Source of the DNA: Candidatus Marinacidobacterales bacterium
Lineage (GTDB): Bacteria > Acidobacteriota > Vicinamibacteria > Marinacidobacterales > DATDRI01
Direction of reading: 5' to 3'
DNA length: 64,000 nucleotides
Assembly (NCBI GenBank): GCA_965219415.1
Contig: CBDCNP010000002.1
Location: 2,080,001-2,144,000, forward strand
Of this stretch, positions 61,818 through 64,000 are shown one piece after another; within the stretch, counting starts at the first letter, position 1, and each line of letters begins with the position of its first letter. The notes under the pieces are model-generated. The model made no database searches. It was not told where the DNA came from and worked only from the letters and a program-made list of their open reading frames with translations. The position numbers and the translations under genes are program-made.

Positions 61818-63269
61818 TTGAGTCGACAACGCGTCGGTCTCGTCGTCGGCGTGGTGCTTTTTTCCCTATTCGCCTTCATTCCGATTCCCGGTTTGCCGGA
61901 ATCCGCGGGCAAGATGCTAGCCGTGGCGGTTCTTATGGCGACCTGGTGGGTCAGCGAAGCGATCCCTCTCGCCGCCACCGCGCTCTTGCCCTTGGTGCTC
62001 TTCCCCAGCATGGGCTTGGCCTCGGCGGCCCGAAGTGCTGCGCCCTACGCCAACCATTTGATCTTCCTGTTCATGGGCGGGTTCATGCTGGCGCAAGCAA
62101 TGCAACGATGGAATCTCCACCGGCGCATCGCCCTCCGCATCGTCAGCCTAATAGGGACCGATCCCGCGCGCCTGATCTTGGGATTCATGTGCGCCACCGC
62201 CTTCATGTCCATGTGGGTGTCCAACACGGCAACCGCTGCGATGATGATGCCGGTCGGGATGGCGGTCACCAAACAAGTGGCGGACGCCATCTCCGAAAAA
62301 GATCTCGGGATCGATGTGACACCGGGGCGGTTTCATTTCGGCATCGACCTTATGCTGGGCATCGCCTATGCGGCCTCCATCGGTGGGGTCGGGAGTCTCA
62401 TCGGGACCCCGCCGAATGTCCTTCTCGCCGGGGTCCTGGAGGAAAGCTACGGGATCGAGCTCAGCTTCCTCGGTTGGATGGCCTTCGGTGTCCCGTTCGT
62501 CGCCATGTTCCTGCCGCTGACCTGGTTGTGGCTTACTCGCATCGCTTACCCCATCGAGCTCCCGGAAGTACCAGGTGGTAGACGGCTCATCCGGGAGCAG
62601 CTTGAGGCGCTCGGTCCCATGAGCGACGGCGAACGAAAAACGGCCTTGGTCTTCTTCGTAGCCGCAGCCGGCTGGATGTTCCGACCGCTCTGGACGAAGT
62701 GGCTTCCTTCGGGGGAGCTCATCACCGACTCCACGGTAGCCATCGCGGCCGCCCTTCTCTTGTTCCTTCTTCCCACCGGCTCGGGAGATCGCGTTCTGGA
62801 TTGGCATTGGGCCTCGAAAATCCCGTGGGAAGTCTTGGTGCTGTTTGGAGGTGGCTTCGCACTCGCCTACGGTTTCGAAACGAGCGGGCTATCGCAATGG
62901 GTCGGGGACTCACTCGTCAGTTTGAAGGAGGCGCCGCTCCCAGTTTTCATCATTGCCATCGTGATCCTGTTGGTGATCCTGACCGAGTTCGCTTCCAATA
63001 CTGCCGCGGCGGCGATGGCGATTCCCATTTTGGGCGCCGCCGCCGTTGCCATGGGACTGTCTCCACTTACCCTCTGCGTACCGGCAGCGGTAGCGGCCTC
63101 CTGCGCCTTCATGATGCCAGCGGCAACGCCTCCCAACGCCATCGTCTTCGGAACCGGCTACTTCACCATCCCCCAGATGGTGCGAGCCGGTGCTTTCGTG
63201 GTCTTGATGGCAGTCGTCTTGACAAGCCTCTTCACGCTCCTTCTGCTACCTCTTGTCTTCGACTTGTGA
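61818..63269 (+). CDS. DASS/SLC13 sodium-coupled anion symporter
   Basis: EAIPL..T, SMWVSNTAT, IGTPPN, SNTAA, ATPPNAIVF. Confidence 0.92.
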   Translation: MSRQRVGLVVGVVLFSLFAFIPIPGLPESAGKMLAVAVLMATWWVSEAIPLAATALLPLVLFPSMGLASAARSAAPYANHLIFLFMGGFMLAQAMQRWNLHRRIALRIVSLIGTDPARLILGFMCATAFMSMWVSNTATAAMMMPVGMAVTKQVADAISEKDLGIDVTPGRFHFGIDLMLGIAYAASIGGVGSLIGTPPNVLLAGVLEESYGIELSFLGWMAFGVPFVAMFLPLTWLWLTRIAYPIELPEVPGGRRLIREQLEALGPMSDGERKTALVFFVAAAGWMFRPLWTKWLPSGELITDSTVAIAAALLLFLLPTGSGDRVLDWHWASKIPWEVLVLFGGGFALAYGFETSGLSQWVGDSLVSLKEAPLPVFIIAIVILLVILTEFASNTAAAAMAIPILGAAAVAMGLSPLTLCVPAAVAASCAFMMPAATPPNAIVFGTGYFTIPQMVRAGAFVVLMAVVLTSLFTLLLLPLVFDL

Positions 63270-63336
63270 GCGGCTGGTTATTCCAACCCATTGATCGGCG
63301 CACCGCATTGAAGTAGCCTTTGACGCAGAGGACGAA

Positions 63337-64000
63337 TTGTTAACTCCCTTACTAGCAGGCGTGGCCGCGGGCGCACTCCACGCTCTCTCCGGCCCCGATC
63401 ACCTCGCAGCCATCACACCACTCTCCATGTCTCAGGAGCGGAACGCTTGGCGGATCGGTCTGCGCTGGGGATTGGGCCATGCGGCGGGGGTAGCTGTGGT
63501 GGGAGTCTTGCTTCTGGCCTTCCACCAGTTCTTGGATTTGGATCGGTTCTCGTTGTGGAGCGAGCGCATGGTCGGCGCCGTGCTCATCGGGCTAGGTATC
63601 TGGGGGCTTCGTCAGGCGAGGTCGAAGTGGATCCATTCTCATCCGCACGAGCACGACAACGGCGGGCATGTTCACATCCATTTTCATCCTCCGGGCCAAG
63701 CTCCGGAGTCGTCCACTGCGCATGATCACTCCCATACTGCTCTCGCAGTTGGCCTGTTGCACGGCTTCGCGGGAACGACTCACCTCTTCGGATTGATACC
63801 TGCCTTGGCGCTACCCACTCACTTCGCTGCCGTTTATCTCGGCGGTTACGGGATTGGCAACCTGGTGGCGATGGGCGGCTTCGCTTGGTTGGTCGGTTGG
63901 GCCGGGGCGAGACTGAGCGACTCGGGAATCAGGGCATATCGCTTCGCGCTAGCTGCCTTCTCGGTAGCCGCGATCGGGGTAGGGGTGGCCTGGCTGGCGA
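63337..64000 (+). CDS. UreH/RcnA/NixA-like His-rich nickel/cobalt transporter (3' end outside window)
   Basis: HALSGPDHLAA, WGLGH, His-rich loop, GLLHGFAG; open to the window end, so missing from the ORF track. Confidence 0.82.
   Translation, partial: MLTPLLAGVAAGALHALSGPDHLAAITPLSMSQERNAWRIGLRWGLGHAAGVAVVGVLLLAFHQFLDLDRFSLWSERMVGAVLIGLGIWGLRQARSKWIHSHPHEHDNGGHVHIHFHPPGQAPESSTAHDHSHTALAVGLLHGFAGTTHLFGLIPALALPTHFAAVYLGGYGIGNLVAMGGFAWLVGWAGARLSDSGIRAYRFALAAFSVAAIGVGVAWLA

Overview
GC-rich (roughly 60%) bacterial chromosomal segment. Gene content and style suggest Acidobacteriota (inference). Many conserved genes carry single-base frameshifts, most likely long-read or assembly errors. It holds a metal-uptake operon (porin, binding protein, HEAT-fused permease, no ATPase) led by a DUF2946-like CxxC/RSPP leader ORF whose 3' end is complementary to the next gene's Shine-Dalgarno region. 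Housekeeping and metabolic genes include lolA, qor, glcDEF, yjbQ-queD-folE, gabD, ALDH7, bshA, dapF, dtd, ClC and SSS/DASS transporters. There are two Ser/Thr kinases and a ~6.5 kb secreted multidomain C25 peptidase gene with a sigma-54 motif. A decayed Rhs/immunity island lies at 50-57 kb. Mobile DNA comprises IS3, IS256, IS110 and several MITE/REP-like palindromes. The best leads are the putative metal-sensing ribosome-arrest leader and an IS110 whose upstream non-coding region contains short matches to its own donor junction and left target flank (candidate bridge RNA). No tRNA, rRNA or CRISPR array was recognised.
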